Assembly: GCA_964016885.1 (NCBI GenBank)
Contig: OZ024741.1
Span: forward strand, 111,600,001-111,664,000
Direction of reading: 5' to 3'
Length of the DNA: 64,000 nucleotides
Origin: Eledone cirrhosa
Lineage: Eukaryota
The first letter of the stretch is position 1; every line of letters starts with the position of its first letter. The notes under the pieces are model-generated. The model was not told the origin of the DNA, made no database searches, and saw only the letters and a program-made list of their open reading frames with translations. The translations under genes and the position numbers were made by a program. Of the stretch, positions 24,318 to 36,514 are shown in pieces.

Positions 24318-25565
24318 GTTTCTCTTAGGTAACTGCTTGTTAAAAAATAAGTCAAATGTTTTATCAGAAGGTTGCCATTTAAAAGTGTTCAACGTTCGGG
24401 GTCAACCACGATTACAACGGATCGTGGAAGACAGTTCGAATCAAATTTTTCTCCGAATTGACGAAGATCATTGGCGCTAAACGCATCCGTTTCTCTTAGG
24501 TAACTGCTTGTTAAAAAAAAGTCAAATGTTTTATCAGAAGGTTGCCATTTAAAAGTGTTCAACGATCGGGGTCAACCACGATTACAACGGACCGTGGAAG
24601 ACAGTTCGAATCAAATCTCTTCTTCGAATTGACGAAGATCATTGGCGCTAAACGCATCCGAACAACTTCATATCATCCTGCATCAAATAGAATGGTGGAG
24701 CCCTTCCACCGACAACTAAAAGCCGCTCTACAGACTTCTGATTCTACGCGTTGGAGCGAGTACCTCCCTATTGTGTTGTTGGGGATTCGGTCATCAATAA
24801 AGGAGGACCTTGGGTTCTCCCCGGCCGAATTATTGTATGGTGCTCCTCTAGCGTTACCTGGGCAAATCGTTGACCCTGTCGATCTTGCTGCACAAGATCC
24901 GCTTTCCTACGTATCCCGTCTGCGTTCTTATTTTCAGGCCCTGCCGCCGATGGATACGAGGAAACAAATTGTGAAATCTACAGTCCCGAGGGATATTGCC
25001 TCGTGGACCCATGTGTTCGTAAGAAACGATGCTGTGAGACCACCTCTCACACAACCGTACTATGGACCCTACCATGTATTAGCTCGTTCTGATAAACATT
25101 TCACTGTAGACATTAAGGGATCCAGAGAGACCATTGCGGTTGATAGACTTAAATGGGCTCACACAGATGTTCACACACCTGAGCCACATACTCCCCCATC
25201 TTTTTCTTTCGCACACACACTTGCTTCTTCGGCCCCCCATCACCAAGATATAAGACTACGACCCGTTCCGGTCGGAGGGTTCATTGACCCGAAAAACTGT
25301 GTAGCACTGTATATTTTTAAGCTGTTATGGTGCGGCTCCAGTATTTTCTATTTGAACTATTTGAATTTTTAAAAATTGTATTTACATTTTTTTCTCTCGT
25401 TCATGCATGCTTGTTTCATATATTTTTGAAATTTGATATACCTTTCATGCTTAGTTGGGCTGATTGCTCCTTGTTTTAAATTTTGTGCTAGTGGCTCATC
25501 ATCTGCCTACATACATGGTTCGTTGAACCGATTTTTATTTTTTTTTTAAATCTGGTGGGAGACCA
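24318..25565 (+). mobile_element. Ty3/Gypsy integrase 3' fragment with about 170-bp tandem duplication at its 5' junction, and polypurine tract
   Basis: [50 protein letters not shown] (GPY/F motif). PPT CTGGTGGGAGACCA lies just before the LTR. Confidence 0.92.
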
Positions 25566-25849
25566 TGTAGCAAGATGACGCCACCTGGGGTCTGGCTTTA
25601 AAAACAGACTATTAACTGCCCTTAGTTCTTTCTGACGTCACGTTCTGACGTCATTAGCTAAAGGCTGTCTCTTCCGACATTGACATTCATGCTAACAAGC
25701 CGCGTTTGTTTGCCTGTCGCATCAATAATGCACCATGCGGTGACCGATACATTTCAACGCATTCCCTTGTGATAATATCTGACATGAAGTCAAGGAGTAA
25801 CATATGTTTTAACCTTTCTCGTTGGAAGAGCCGAATGCTACTCGTTACA
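25566..25849 (+). repeat. 3' LTR of the Gypsy element
   Basis: Starts TGTAGCAAG immediately after the PPT and ends CTCGTTACA (imperfect TG..CA terminal inverted repeat). Confidence 0.65.
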
Positions 25850-26123
25850 ATGCTTTTGTCCATTCTTTATTTCAGTGATAAAAAGGCCTATATATATATA
25901 ACTCATCGAGGTATGTCTTTAATGAACTGTTTATCGTGCATACACCTTACAAAAAAACTATGTATCAACATGTACAAAGACATATTGTAAATACCTGGAG
26001 TCATTAAACTATTCATTTAGTATCAATCCATTTTTTGTACTCAATGTTTCCTTGTTAAATTCTTCCAAATACAAAGAATAGAGAGATGTTCATTTAACCA
26101 AACTAAGGACGGAACATCCCTTC

Positions 26124-26204
<81 letters not shown>

Positions 26205-26313
26205 GAGGAATTCCAACTTTGTCTGATTTACTCGTTTTATTTACAATCCTTTAAAATTTATAATGGTATTATAATGAAATAGTATGATGGAATATTAAAT
26301 TCTAAGTGTTAAT

Positions 26314-26352
26314 TGAACAAGTACTTTCATGCTTTCGCAATCTTCAGGTTCA
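26314..26352 (-). ncRNA. Minimal type I hammerhead ribozyme (left arm)
   Basis: Reverse complement of 26411-26449. Confidence 0.8.
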
Positions 26353-26410
26353 TAATATGTGGTGACAGTCAACAGTTGAAAATTGCAAACTTGACTGTCA
26401 CCACATATTA

Positions 26411-26449
26411 TGAACCTGAAGATTGCGAAAGCATGAAAGTACTTGTTCA
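26411..26449 (+). ncRNA. Minimal type I hammerhead ribozyme (right arm)
   Basis: TGAAC-CTGAAGA-TTGC gaaa GCAT-GAAA-GTAC-TT-GTTCA: 5-bp stem I, GNRA-capped stem II, palindromic AAGTACTT stem III, CUU triplet. Confidence 0.82.
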
Positions 26450-26601
26450 ATTAACACTTAGAATTTAATATTCTATCATACTATTTCATTATAATACCAT
26501 TATAAATTTTAAAGGATTGTAAATAAAACGAGTAAATCAGACAAAGTTGGAATTCCTCTTATTAATATAATCTTCTATACACAATCATACACACCCGTGT
26601 A

Positions 26602-26660
<59 letters not shown>

Positions 26661-26767
26661 TCATCTTTTTCCATTTATCTGAGGATTCTAAACCCCACTA
26701 TCAGTCTAAAATTCCTTTAGTTAAAAATACGGTGAAAGCTATTCTCTCTCTCTCTCTCTCTCTCTCT

Positions 26768-26857
26768 CAAGACACAATGCAAAGCGCTGTCCGAGAATCG
26801 AATTCACAATCTCACGATTGTAAGCCCGACGCTCTAGCCACTGAGCCATGCGCCTTC
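26768..26857 (-). mobile_element. tRNA-derived SINE head (other family)
   Basis: GGCGCATGGCTCAGTGGCTAGAGCG (A box)..GAATTCGATTC (B box)..TTGTGTCTTGAG. Confidence 0.7.
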
Positions 26858-27214
26858 TGTGTGTGTGTGTGTGTGCGTGCGTGCGCGCTTGTGTGTGTGT
26901 GTGTGTGTATTAATCTCTTTCTCGATTAACAAGGATTTTAATTTAAGGATTTAATTGATTTACGACTGTTTTGTTAGACTAACAAAAATATTCCATTCCT
27001 GTTAGATTGGAATATTACCGATTGGAATAAACTCTGAACTGTTTTCTACCTATCTTGCTGTGGACTATAAAATCACATTGGGCTTTAAAAATGTTTTTTG
27101 CCTTATATGGTTGTATTATCATCTCATTTAAACTTGTTTGAAAAGTGCCCTAAGCCAGAAACTTCTCACCCACGGGCTACGCTTATAGCTTCACAGTTAT
27201 ATTATAATACATAG

Positions 27215-27275
<61 letters not shown>

Positions 27276-27302
27276 CGTGCGTGCATATTTTTATTTATTT
27301 AT

Positions 27303-27416
27303 CGCGTGGCTTAGTCGTTAGGGAGTTGGATTCGCAATCGTGAGGTTGCGAGTTCAATTCTCTGACTGGGTGATGTGTTGTGTCCTTGAGTAAAACACTT
27401 TATTTCACGTTGCTCT
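27303..27416 (+). mobile_element. tRNA-derived SINE head (same family as 26768)
   Basis: TGGCTTAGTCGTTAG..GAGTTCAATTC..TTGTGTCCTTGAGTAAAACACTTTATTTCAC. Confidence 0.7.
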
Positions 27417-28509
27417 TTCTGTCAGGAGTTGCGACCGGTAGATAGTATGAACAATAGAAAGACCAATGGCAGCATTGTTTCACTGGACAGATTTGACGAG
27501 GTCTACACCACTCAGCAAGAGAATGAGATCTGGGATCTTGTTGATCGATCAGAGCAAGCGATTATACAGAAAGAACGACCGCGGATTGTCAAATTTCTAA
27601 CATGTACTAGATACTAGAGTTAATATATGAAGTAGTGATATTAGCAGTATAAAGAAGGAAAGTACAGTGTTTGCCTATTTCTAGTTTTATTAACAGTAAA
27701 CGTCTAAAGGTCTATGAGTAGTGGAAGAAAGTCAACTCTATTTTGGCAATAAATGTATTCTTTCTAAGAAACAAAATGGTAGACTATGTTTTCTGTATTA
27801 GAAATTTGATGTTATATAGAAATGGAACGGTGAGATGAATACTATAATATGTGCAAAATATTATGGTATCAATGAATATTAACTTGCTAGATTCAAGCTG
27901 AGCATCTAAATACCAACGACCACCCAAGACCACATAGACTTATCCTATCCCTGTCTAATCATTGATATTTAGACAAAACAACCATTGCTTTTATTATTTT
28001 TATGTATAATCTAATATACTGACGTTCTTGTTTGTTGTGCTCTCAAACTAATGTCGCCAGTGTAATTAATGATGTCGACTAATAATTCAACTTTATGCTA
28101 AAGCTAAATTAGTTTTGCAATCCCAAAAGGAAGATTGGTTACTTCAAAAGCATACTATACACATACGAACAAAATACACACTAATATATTTGTACATAAA
28201 ACAAATAAACATACAAACGTATTAGTACAACTATACATACATCATCCATCCATACATACATATACACATATATACATACGTACATACTTACATACATACA
28301 TTCATAAATACATACATACATATTTACGTACATGTAAAAATACATATAGTTATAGAAATACATATATGACACAAATATATATAAATCTACACACGCACTT
28401 ATATATAACCAAGGAAAAACACACATGCACACACAAAACAACACATATCTCTTTAGTTTGGTAAAAAACAAAACAATTCAATTTTACACGTAGTATTTCC
28501 TAGCTAAAG

Positions 28510-29250
28510 AGATACATGTATAGAGATGGCGGACTGTTATTCTCACATAACCTGAATGGCCAGGAATTATATAGACTTAGAAGAGATCGTATAAAGAAAT
28601 TTAGTGAGATACTTTAAAGATCACAATGGAGACAATCTTTGTATCGTTAATTTTTTATAATATTACTTGAATTTTAATGACAAATAGAACCTGTCCTATG
28701 AGAAAGTACACAAGAGAATATTTTATGTCAACCAGAATTCTAATCATCCACCAAATATTATTTGGAATTTAATGTTTAATACAGTAAGTATAACTTTTAA
28801 TTCTTATTATGCTGTAATGTTTTGGTAGAATTGAATCCAAACATTGATAATATATTTATTATGGACAAATTGTTGAGAAAATTTGTAGTATTAGAGTAAA
28901 TACTTAAATCTTTAATGTGATGCAGTCACAGTGGTTTATACTTTTCAAAAGTATCTTCCTAATACAGTTTCATGTAGCACAGTATGTTAAGAGTTAAATA
29001 TTTATGGATGAGGCTACGTTTAATACAACCGCAGTTTCTTGGATAAAATCCGGTTTATAGCTTGCCTCAACGTTTCAATGCAATAATCTTATGATTCAAT
29101 TTATACGACAGTCTAAATGTTAAAACTAGTATAGCTGAAGAATTCTTTAATTTATATGGGTATGGACACCATAAGATCTATAAGAGAAACCTGCTAAAAG
29201 TTATTCTGGTAAAAACGTTTCTTCTTTTATTAACTGTTATAATTCAGCTC
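28510..29250 (+). pseudogene. Highly degraded Penelope-like RT and thumb relic
   Basis: MYRDGGL, YVNQNSNHPPNII and NVKTSIAEEFFNL parallel IYRDDAL, YINFNSNHPLSMI and ISTKLSLSFFKL of the 49-50 kb element. Confidence 0.6.
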
Positions 29251-29396
29251 CTCAATATCCAGCAGCATAATGACATATACCTGGAAATGTGAGTATATAA
29301 TAGTTATTATATATATATAACTGAAGGTAAACATTTCTTTTCATTTGTTTCTATCTAATAAAAAAAAAAGGGAGAACGAGAGGTGATACACTATAT

Positions 29397-29667
29397 CAGG
29401 GGCGTGCAACAGGCGACTCGCGGGCCACAATCCGGCCCGTCAGACCAGTCAGAGTGGCCTGCGCTGACCGTTTTAAATTTTTACCTTGTAGATTTATTTA
29501 GAATTTTTTTCATGACCGTAATACAATTTTCTGTTAGTTGACCTATACTAAAGGGCTTCACTGATAGGGTTATGTGTGTTATAAGTTGGGGTGAATCTTT
29601 GGAATAGTGCTTAATAAATATTAATGGCCGTAATAGTTGTTCCAATAAAATATGTTGCACACCCCTG
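29397..29667. mobile_element. hAT (Charlie-like) MITE
   Basis: TIR CAGGGG(C/T)GTGCAACA; subterminal GCGGGCCACAATCCGGCCCG; 8-bp flanks CACTATAT and CGCTAAAT (6/8 match, likely TSD). Confidence 0.85.
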
Positions 29668-29844
29668 CGCTAAATGATTCACTGAATATCTAATTTATCA
29701 ACTCTAGCAACTGGCCCATTAACCGTTAATTTTAGCGATAACGTTTTGTTATTAATCACGGCTTTTATTAACTATATTTAACTACATATAATTTCCTGAA
29801 ATCTGAAAATCTTGTAAATTTTCTTCATCATAGATATCTACATG

Positions 29845-29990
29845 ACAAGTGGCGAATTGACAGAATTGTAAGAACGCCAGATAGAATGTGTTGCGTTATT
29901 CCTTCCGGATCATTGAGTGCAAATCCCGCCGAGGCCCACTCTGCTTTTCATCACTTCGAGATCGATACAAAACACCTGTTCAATACTGGA
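29845..29990 (+). mobile_element. SINE, diverged copy
   Basis: GAGTGCAAATCCCGCCGAGG..GCTTTTCATCAC..TCGATACAAA. Confidence 0.65.
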
Positions 29991-30179
29991 GTGTTTGTGC
30001 GTCGACGGGGAAACATACTTCTCTTCCATGGTCGCATTGAGCTCATTAACATTCGCCTCGATACAGTCCTGTGTCTTTGTTTGCATTTTCCCGATGGTTG
30101 TCAATGCAGTACTATGGATGGTGTCCCTGAGACAGTCCCATTTGTGCTGAACATACATACACACAGATATAGATATAAA

Positions 30180-30391
30180 TAATTGTTTCTACTTTAGGCA
30201 CAAGGCCAGCAATTTGAAGGGGAGGGGAAAGTCGATTAAATCGACGTCAGTGTGTTATTTCATCGACCTTGTAAGGATGAAAGGCAAAGCTAACACCTCG
30301 GCGGCATGTGAACTTAGAACGTAAGGGGCCGTAACTCTGTGTTGCAAAGCATGGTGTCCGACACTCTACCGATTCTGCCAGTCTACCACCC
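30180..30391 (-). mobile_element. SINE, long-tail form
   Basis: Reverse complement of the family consensus. Confidence 0.9.
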
Positions 30392-31029
30392 TGATATACA
30401 TATAAATAGTTACATATAATATATATACACACACATATATATATATATATATACATACATACACACATATATACATACATTTATACATACATATATATAC
30501 ATACATGCATACACATATATACATGCATATATACATACATACATATATACATACATACACACATACATACATACAAACTTAAATGCATATGTACATATCC
30601 ATATGCACAGATAGTCAGACAAGCACACAAACATAAACATTACCGTAACTCTGTCTCCGTTTCTATCACAGACACCATATAGAAATAGATGAACATTCAC
30701 AGACACAACATAAACCATAGAACTTACCAAAATGATTTAGCATTGCAGAATGTCTTAGAATCTAGTCTAACTGACATAGAATACCCATTATCGAAAGTAG
30801 ACCGAAAATAGCAGCACTGCTTCTATATTTCAAAAAGTAAGAACATTCTTAAGAGACGTTGATAACAAAACAATTGATTTACAGAAAGAATTTCCTCTCT
30901 TTCCTAAAAAAATAAACAAACACTTTATTGCTTCTCCCGCTCCACCAACAAACAGTTTCTTTTCTAAAAAACTTTGTTTAATAGATCTTTAGTCATTCAG
31001 TTGGGTGTGATTGTCTTCTGTCTCAATGG

Positions 31030-34000
31030 ATGAGTAGATAGGCAGCTGGGTAGACAGGTAGCTGGGTAGACAGGTAGCTAAGTAGGCAGGTAGGTGGGTA
31101 GGCAGCTAGGTGGGTAGACAGGTAGGTGGGTAGACAGGTAGGTGGGTAGACAGACAAGTGGGTAGGCAGGTAGGTGGGTAGACAGATAGGTGGTAGACAG
31201 GTAGGTGGGTAGACAGACAGGTGGATAGATAGGTAGGTGGGTAGACAGACAGGTGGGTAGACAGGAAGGTGGGTAGAGAGATAGGTGGGTAGAAAGGTAG
31301 CTGGGTAGACAGGTAGGTGCGTAGGCAGGTAGGTGGGTAGACAGGCAGCTGGGTAGACAGGTAGCTGGGTAGACAGGTAGGTGGGTAGGCAGGTAGGTGG
31401 GTAGACAGGTAGGTAGGTAGATAGGCAGCTGGGTAGACAGGTAGCTGGGTAGACAGGTAGGTGGGTAGGCAGGTAGGTGGGTAGACAGGCAGCTGGGTAG
31501 ACTGATAAGTGGGTAGACAGGTAGGCAAGTAGACAGATAGGTGGACAGACAGATAGGTGCACAGACAGACAGGTGGGTAGACAGGTAGTTGGGCAGACAG
31601 GTAGGTGGGTAGACAGATAGTTGGGCAGACAGGAGGTTGGGCAGACAGGCAGGTGGGTAGACAGGTAGGTGGGAAGACAGACAGCTGGATAGACAGGTAG
31701 GTGCGTAGACAGATAGGTGGGTAGACAGGTAGTTGGGCAGACAGGTAGTTGGGCAGACAAGTAGGTGGGCAGACCGGTAGGTGGGAAGACAGGTAGGTGG
31801 GCAGACAGGTAGGTGGGCAGACAGGTAGTTGGGCAGACAGGTAGGTGGGCAAACAGGTAGGTGGGCAGACAGGTAGGTGGGCAGACAGGTAGTTGGGCAG
31901 AGAGGCAGATGGGCAGACAGGTAGGTAGGCAGACATGTAGTTGGGCAGACAGGCAGGTGGGTAGACAGGTCGGTGGGTATGACTGGTAGTTGGGCAGACA
32001 GGCAGGTGGGTAGATAGGTAGGTGGGCAGACAGGCAGGTGGGTAGACAGGTAGGTGGGCAGAGAGGCAGGTGGGCAGACAGGTAGTTGGGCAGATGGGTA
32101 GGTGGGTAGACATGTAGGTGGGTAGACAGGTATTTGGGCAGACAGGCAGGTGATTATACAGGTAGGTGGGTAGACAGGTAGGTGGGCAGACAGGTAGTTG
32201 GGCAGACAGGCAAGTGGGTAGACAGGTAGGTGGGTAGACAGGTAGTTAGGCAGACAGGTAGTTGGGCAGACAGATAGGTGGGCAGACAGGTAGGTAGGCA
32301 GACAGGTAGGTGGCCAGACAGGTAGGTGGGCAGACAGGTAGTTGGGCAGACAGGTAGGTGGGAGGACAGGTAGGTGGGCAGACAGGTAGGTGGCCAGACA
32401 GGTAGGTGGGCAGACAGGTAGTTGGGCAGACAGGTAGGTGGGCAGCAGGTAGGTGGGCAGACAGGTAGTTGGGCAGACAGGCAGGTGGGCAGACAGGTAG
32501 GTGGGCAGACATGTAGGTGGGCAGACAGGTAGGTGGGCAGACAGGTAGGTGGGCAGACAGGTAGTTGGGAAGCCAGGTAGGTGGGCAGACAGGTAGCTGG
32601 GCAGACAGGCAGGTGATTAGACAGGTAGGTGGGTAGACAGGTAGGTGGGCAGACAGGTAGTTGAGAAGACAGGTAGGTGGGTAGACAGGTAGGTGGGTAG
32701 ACAGGTAGGTGGGCAGAGAGGTAGTTGGGCAGACAGGAAGGTTGGTAGACAGGTAGGTGGGTAGACAGGTAGTTGGGCATACAGGCAGGTGGTAGACAAG
32801 TAGCTGGGCAGACAGATAGGTGCACAGACAGACAGGTGGGTAGACAGGTAGTTGGGCAGACAGGTAAGTGGGTAGACAGATAGTTGGGCAGACAGGTAGT
32901 TGGGTAGACAGGTAGTTGGGCAGACAGGCAGGTGGGCAGACAGGCAGGTGGGTAGACAGGTAGGTGGGTAGACAGGCAGGTGGGTAGACAGGTAGGTGGG
33001 CAGACATGCAGGTGGGTAGACAGGTAGGTGGGCAGACAGGTAGTTGGGCAGACAGGCAGGTGGGTAGACAGGTAGGTGGGTAGGCAGGTAGTTGGGCAGA
33101 CAGGCAGGTGGGTAGATAGGTAGGTGGGCAGACAGGCAGGTGGGTAGACAGGTAGGTGGGCAGAGAGGCAGGTGGGCAGACAGGTAGTTGGGCAGATGGG
33201 TAGGTGGGTAAACATGTAGGTGGGTAGACAGGTAGTTGGGCAGACAGGCAGGTGATTATACAGGTAGGTGGGTAGACAGGTAGGTGGGTAGGCAGGTAGG
33301 TGGGTAGACAGGTAGGTGGGTAGACAGAATGTGGGTAGACAGGTAGGTGGGTAGGCAGGTAGGTGGACAGAGAGAAAGGTGGGTAGACAGATAGGTGGGT
33401 AGACAGGAAGGTGTGTAGGCAGGTAGGTGGACAGACAGAAAGGTGGGTAGACAGATAGGTGGGTAGATAGACAGGTGGGTAGGCAGGTAGGTGGGTAGAC
33501 AGGCAGCTGGGTAGACTGATAGGTGGGCAGACAGGTAGGCAGGTAGACAGATAGGTGGACAGACAGATAGGTGCACAGACAGACAGGTGGGTAGACAGGT
33601 AGTTGGGCAGACAGGTAAGTGGGTAGACAGATAGTTGGGCAGACAGGTAGTTGGGCAGATAGGCAGGTGGGTAGACAGGTAGGTGGGCAGACAGGCAGCT
33701 GGGTAGACAGGTAGCTGCGTAGACAGATAGGTGGGTAGACAGGTAGTTGGGCAGACAGGTAGTTGGGCAGACAAGTAGGTGGGCAGACAGGTAGGTGGGC
33801 AGACAGGTAGGTGGGCAGACAGGTAGGTGGGCAGACAGGTAGTTGGGCAGACAGGTAGGTGGGCAGAGAGGCAGGTGGGCAGACAGGTAGTTGGGCAGAT
33901 GGGTAGGTGGGTAGGCATGTAGGTGGGTAGACAGGTAGTTGGGCAGACAGGCAGGTGATTATACTAGTAGGTGGGTAGACAGGTAGGTGGGTAGGCAGGT

Positions 34001-36510
34001 AGGTGGGTAGACAGGTAGGTGGGTAGACAGAAGGTGGGTAGACAGGCAGGTGGGTAGGCAGGTAGGTGGACAGAGAGAAAGGTGGGTAGACAGATAGGTG
34101 GGTAGACAGGAGGGTGGGTAGGCAGGTAGGTTGACAGACAGAAAGGTGGGTAGACAGATAGGTGGGTAGAAAGACAGGTGGGTAGGCAGGTAGGTGGGTA
34201 GACAGGCAGCTGGGTAGACTGATAGGTGGGCAGACAGGTAGGCAGGTAGACAGATAGGTGGACAGACAGATAGGTGCACAGACAGACAGGTGGGTAGACA
34301 GGTAGTTGGGCAGACAGGTAAGTGGGTAGACAGATAGTTGGGCAGACAGGTAGTTGGGCAGACAGGCAGGTGGTTAGACAGGTAGGTGGGCAGACAGGCA
34401 GCTGGTCAGACAGGAAGGTTGGTAGACAGATAGGTGGGTAGACAGGTAGTTGGGCAGACAGGTAGTTGGGCAGACAAGTAGGTGGGCAGACAGGTAGGTG
34501 GGCAGACAGGTAGGTGGGCAGACAGGTAGGTGGGCAGACAGGTAGTTGGGCAGACAGGTAGGTGGGCAAATAGGTAGGTGGGCAGACAGGTAGTTGGGCA
34601 GACAGGTAGTTGGGCAGACAGGCAGGTGGGTAGACAGGTAGTGGGTAGACAGGCAGGTGGGTAGACAGGTAGGTGGGCAGACAGGCAGGTGGGTAGACAG
34701 GTAGGTGGGCAGACAGGTAGTTGGGCAGACAGGCAGGTGGGTAGACAGGTAGGTGGGTAGACAGGTAGTTGGGCAGACAGGCAGGTGGGTAGACAGGTAG
34801 GTGGGCAGACAGGCAGGTGGGTAGACAGGTAGGTGGGCAGAGAGGCAGGTGGGCAGACAGGTAGTTGGGCAGATGGGTAGGTGGGTAGACATGTAGGTGG
34901 GTAGACAGGTATTTGGGCAGACAGGCAGGTGATTATACAGGTAGGTGGGTAGACAGGTAGGTGGGCAGACAGGTAGTTGGGCAGACAGGCAAATGGGTAG
35001 ACGTGTAGGTGGGTAGACAGGTAGTTAGGCAGACAGGTAGTTGGGCAGAAAGGTAGGTGGGCAGACAGGTAGGTAGGCAGACAGGTAGGTGGCCAGACAG
35101 GTAGGTGGGCAGACAGGTAGTTGGGCAGACAGGTAGGTGGGAGGACAGGTAGGTGGGCAGACAGGTAGGTGGCCAGACAGGTAGGTGGGCAGACAGGTAG
35201 TTGGGCAGACAGGTAGGTGGGCAGACAGGTAGGTGGGCAGACAGGCAGTTGGGCAGACAGGTAGGTGGGCAGACAGGTAGGTGGGCAGACATGTAGGTGG
35301 GCAGACAGGTAGGTGGGTAGACAGGTAGGTGGGCAGACAGGTAGTTGGGAAGCCAGGTAGGTGGGCAGACAGGTAGCTGGGCAGACAGGCAGGTGATTAG
35401 ACAGGTAGGTGGGTAGACAGGTAGGTGGGCAGACAGGTAGTTGGGAAGACAGGTAGGTGGGTAGACAGGTAGGTGGGTAGACAGGTAGGTGGGCAGACAG
35501 GTAGTTGGGCAGACAGGAAGGTTGGTAGACAGGTAGGTGGGTAGACAGGTAGTTGGGCATACAGGCAGGTGGTAGACAAGTAGCTGGGCAGACAGATAGG
35601 TGCACAGACAGACAGGTGGGTAGACAGGTAGTTGGGCAGACAGGTAAGTGGGTAGACAGATAGTTGGGCAGACAGGTAGTTGGGTAGACAGGTAGTTGGC
35701 CAGACAGGCATGTGATTAGACAGGTAGGTGGGTAGACAGGTAGGTGGGCAGACAGGTAATTGGGCAGACAGGCAGGTGGGTAGACAGGTAGGTGGGTAGA
35801 CAGTTAGGTGGGCAGACAGGTAGTTGGGCAGACAGGCAGGTGGGTAGACAGGTAGGTGGGTAGACAGGTAGTTGGGCAGACAGGCAGGTGGGTAGACATG
35901 TAGGTGGGCAGACAGGCAGGTGGGTAGACAGGTAGGTGGGCAGACAGGAAGGTGGGCAGACAGGTAGGTGGGCAGATGGGTAGGTGGGTAGTCAGGTAGG
36001 TGGGCAGACAGGCAGGTGGGTAGACACGTAGGTGGGCAGACAGGAAGGTGGGCAGACAGGTACTTAGGCAGATGGGTAGGTGGGCCACTGGCAGGTGGGC
36101 AGATGGGTAGGTGTTGTAGGTAAGCAGACAAGTAAGTTGGTAGACAGGTGGGAGCTGTAGGTAGATGGGTTGATAGATAGTTAGGTAGGTATAGTTAATA
36201 ATAAGTCAGGTAGATAGACAGGTAGATAGTTACACAGGTAGGTGGGAACACTGGTAGGTGTTTTAGGTAGGTGGGGTGACAAATATATAGGTAGGTATTG
36301 TAATAGGTATATAGAGAGGTAGATGGGTAGGTAGGTAGCTGTGGTAGGTGGCTATATAGTCAGGCAGGTATAGTATGTAGATATATTGACAGGTGGATGG
36401 GTAGAGAGGTAGGTGGGTAGAGAGGTAGGTGGGTAGAATAATATGTGGATAAACAGGCACGTGGGTAGTTAGGTTCATAGGTGGATTGGTAAGTGTGGTA
36501 GGTAAGTAGA
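31030..36510. repeat. G-rich 16-bp satellite (ACAGGTAGGTGGG[C/T]AG)n, about 5.4 kb
   Basis: Direct tandem repeats. The 16-aa periodic pseudo-ORFs correspond to three units. Confidence 0.97.
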
Positions 36511-36514
36511 TATG

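Larger units (their letters stand above)
26200..26563. repeat. Fold-back element: 173-bp inverted arms, 18-nt spacer, in (TA)n
   Basis: 26200-26372 is the reverse complement of 26391-26563; one mismatch seen. Confidence 0.95.

Noticed and set aside
26768-27370. tRNA genes
   Set aside because: A and B boxes run into SINE body sequence with no complete cloverleaf; these are SINE heads.
31023-36131. Long Pro/Thr/Cys-rich ORFs (up to 399 aa)
   Set aside because: Translation of a stop-poor 16-bp satellite; open in several frames with no coding signature.
31030-36510. CRISPR-like or telomeric array
   Set aside because: No unique spacers, no TTAGGG units, and eukaryotic TE context.
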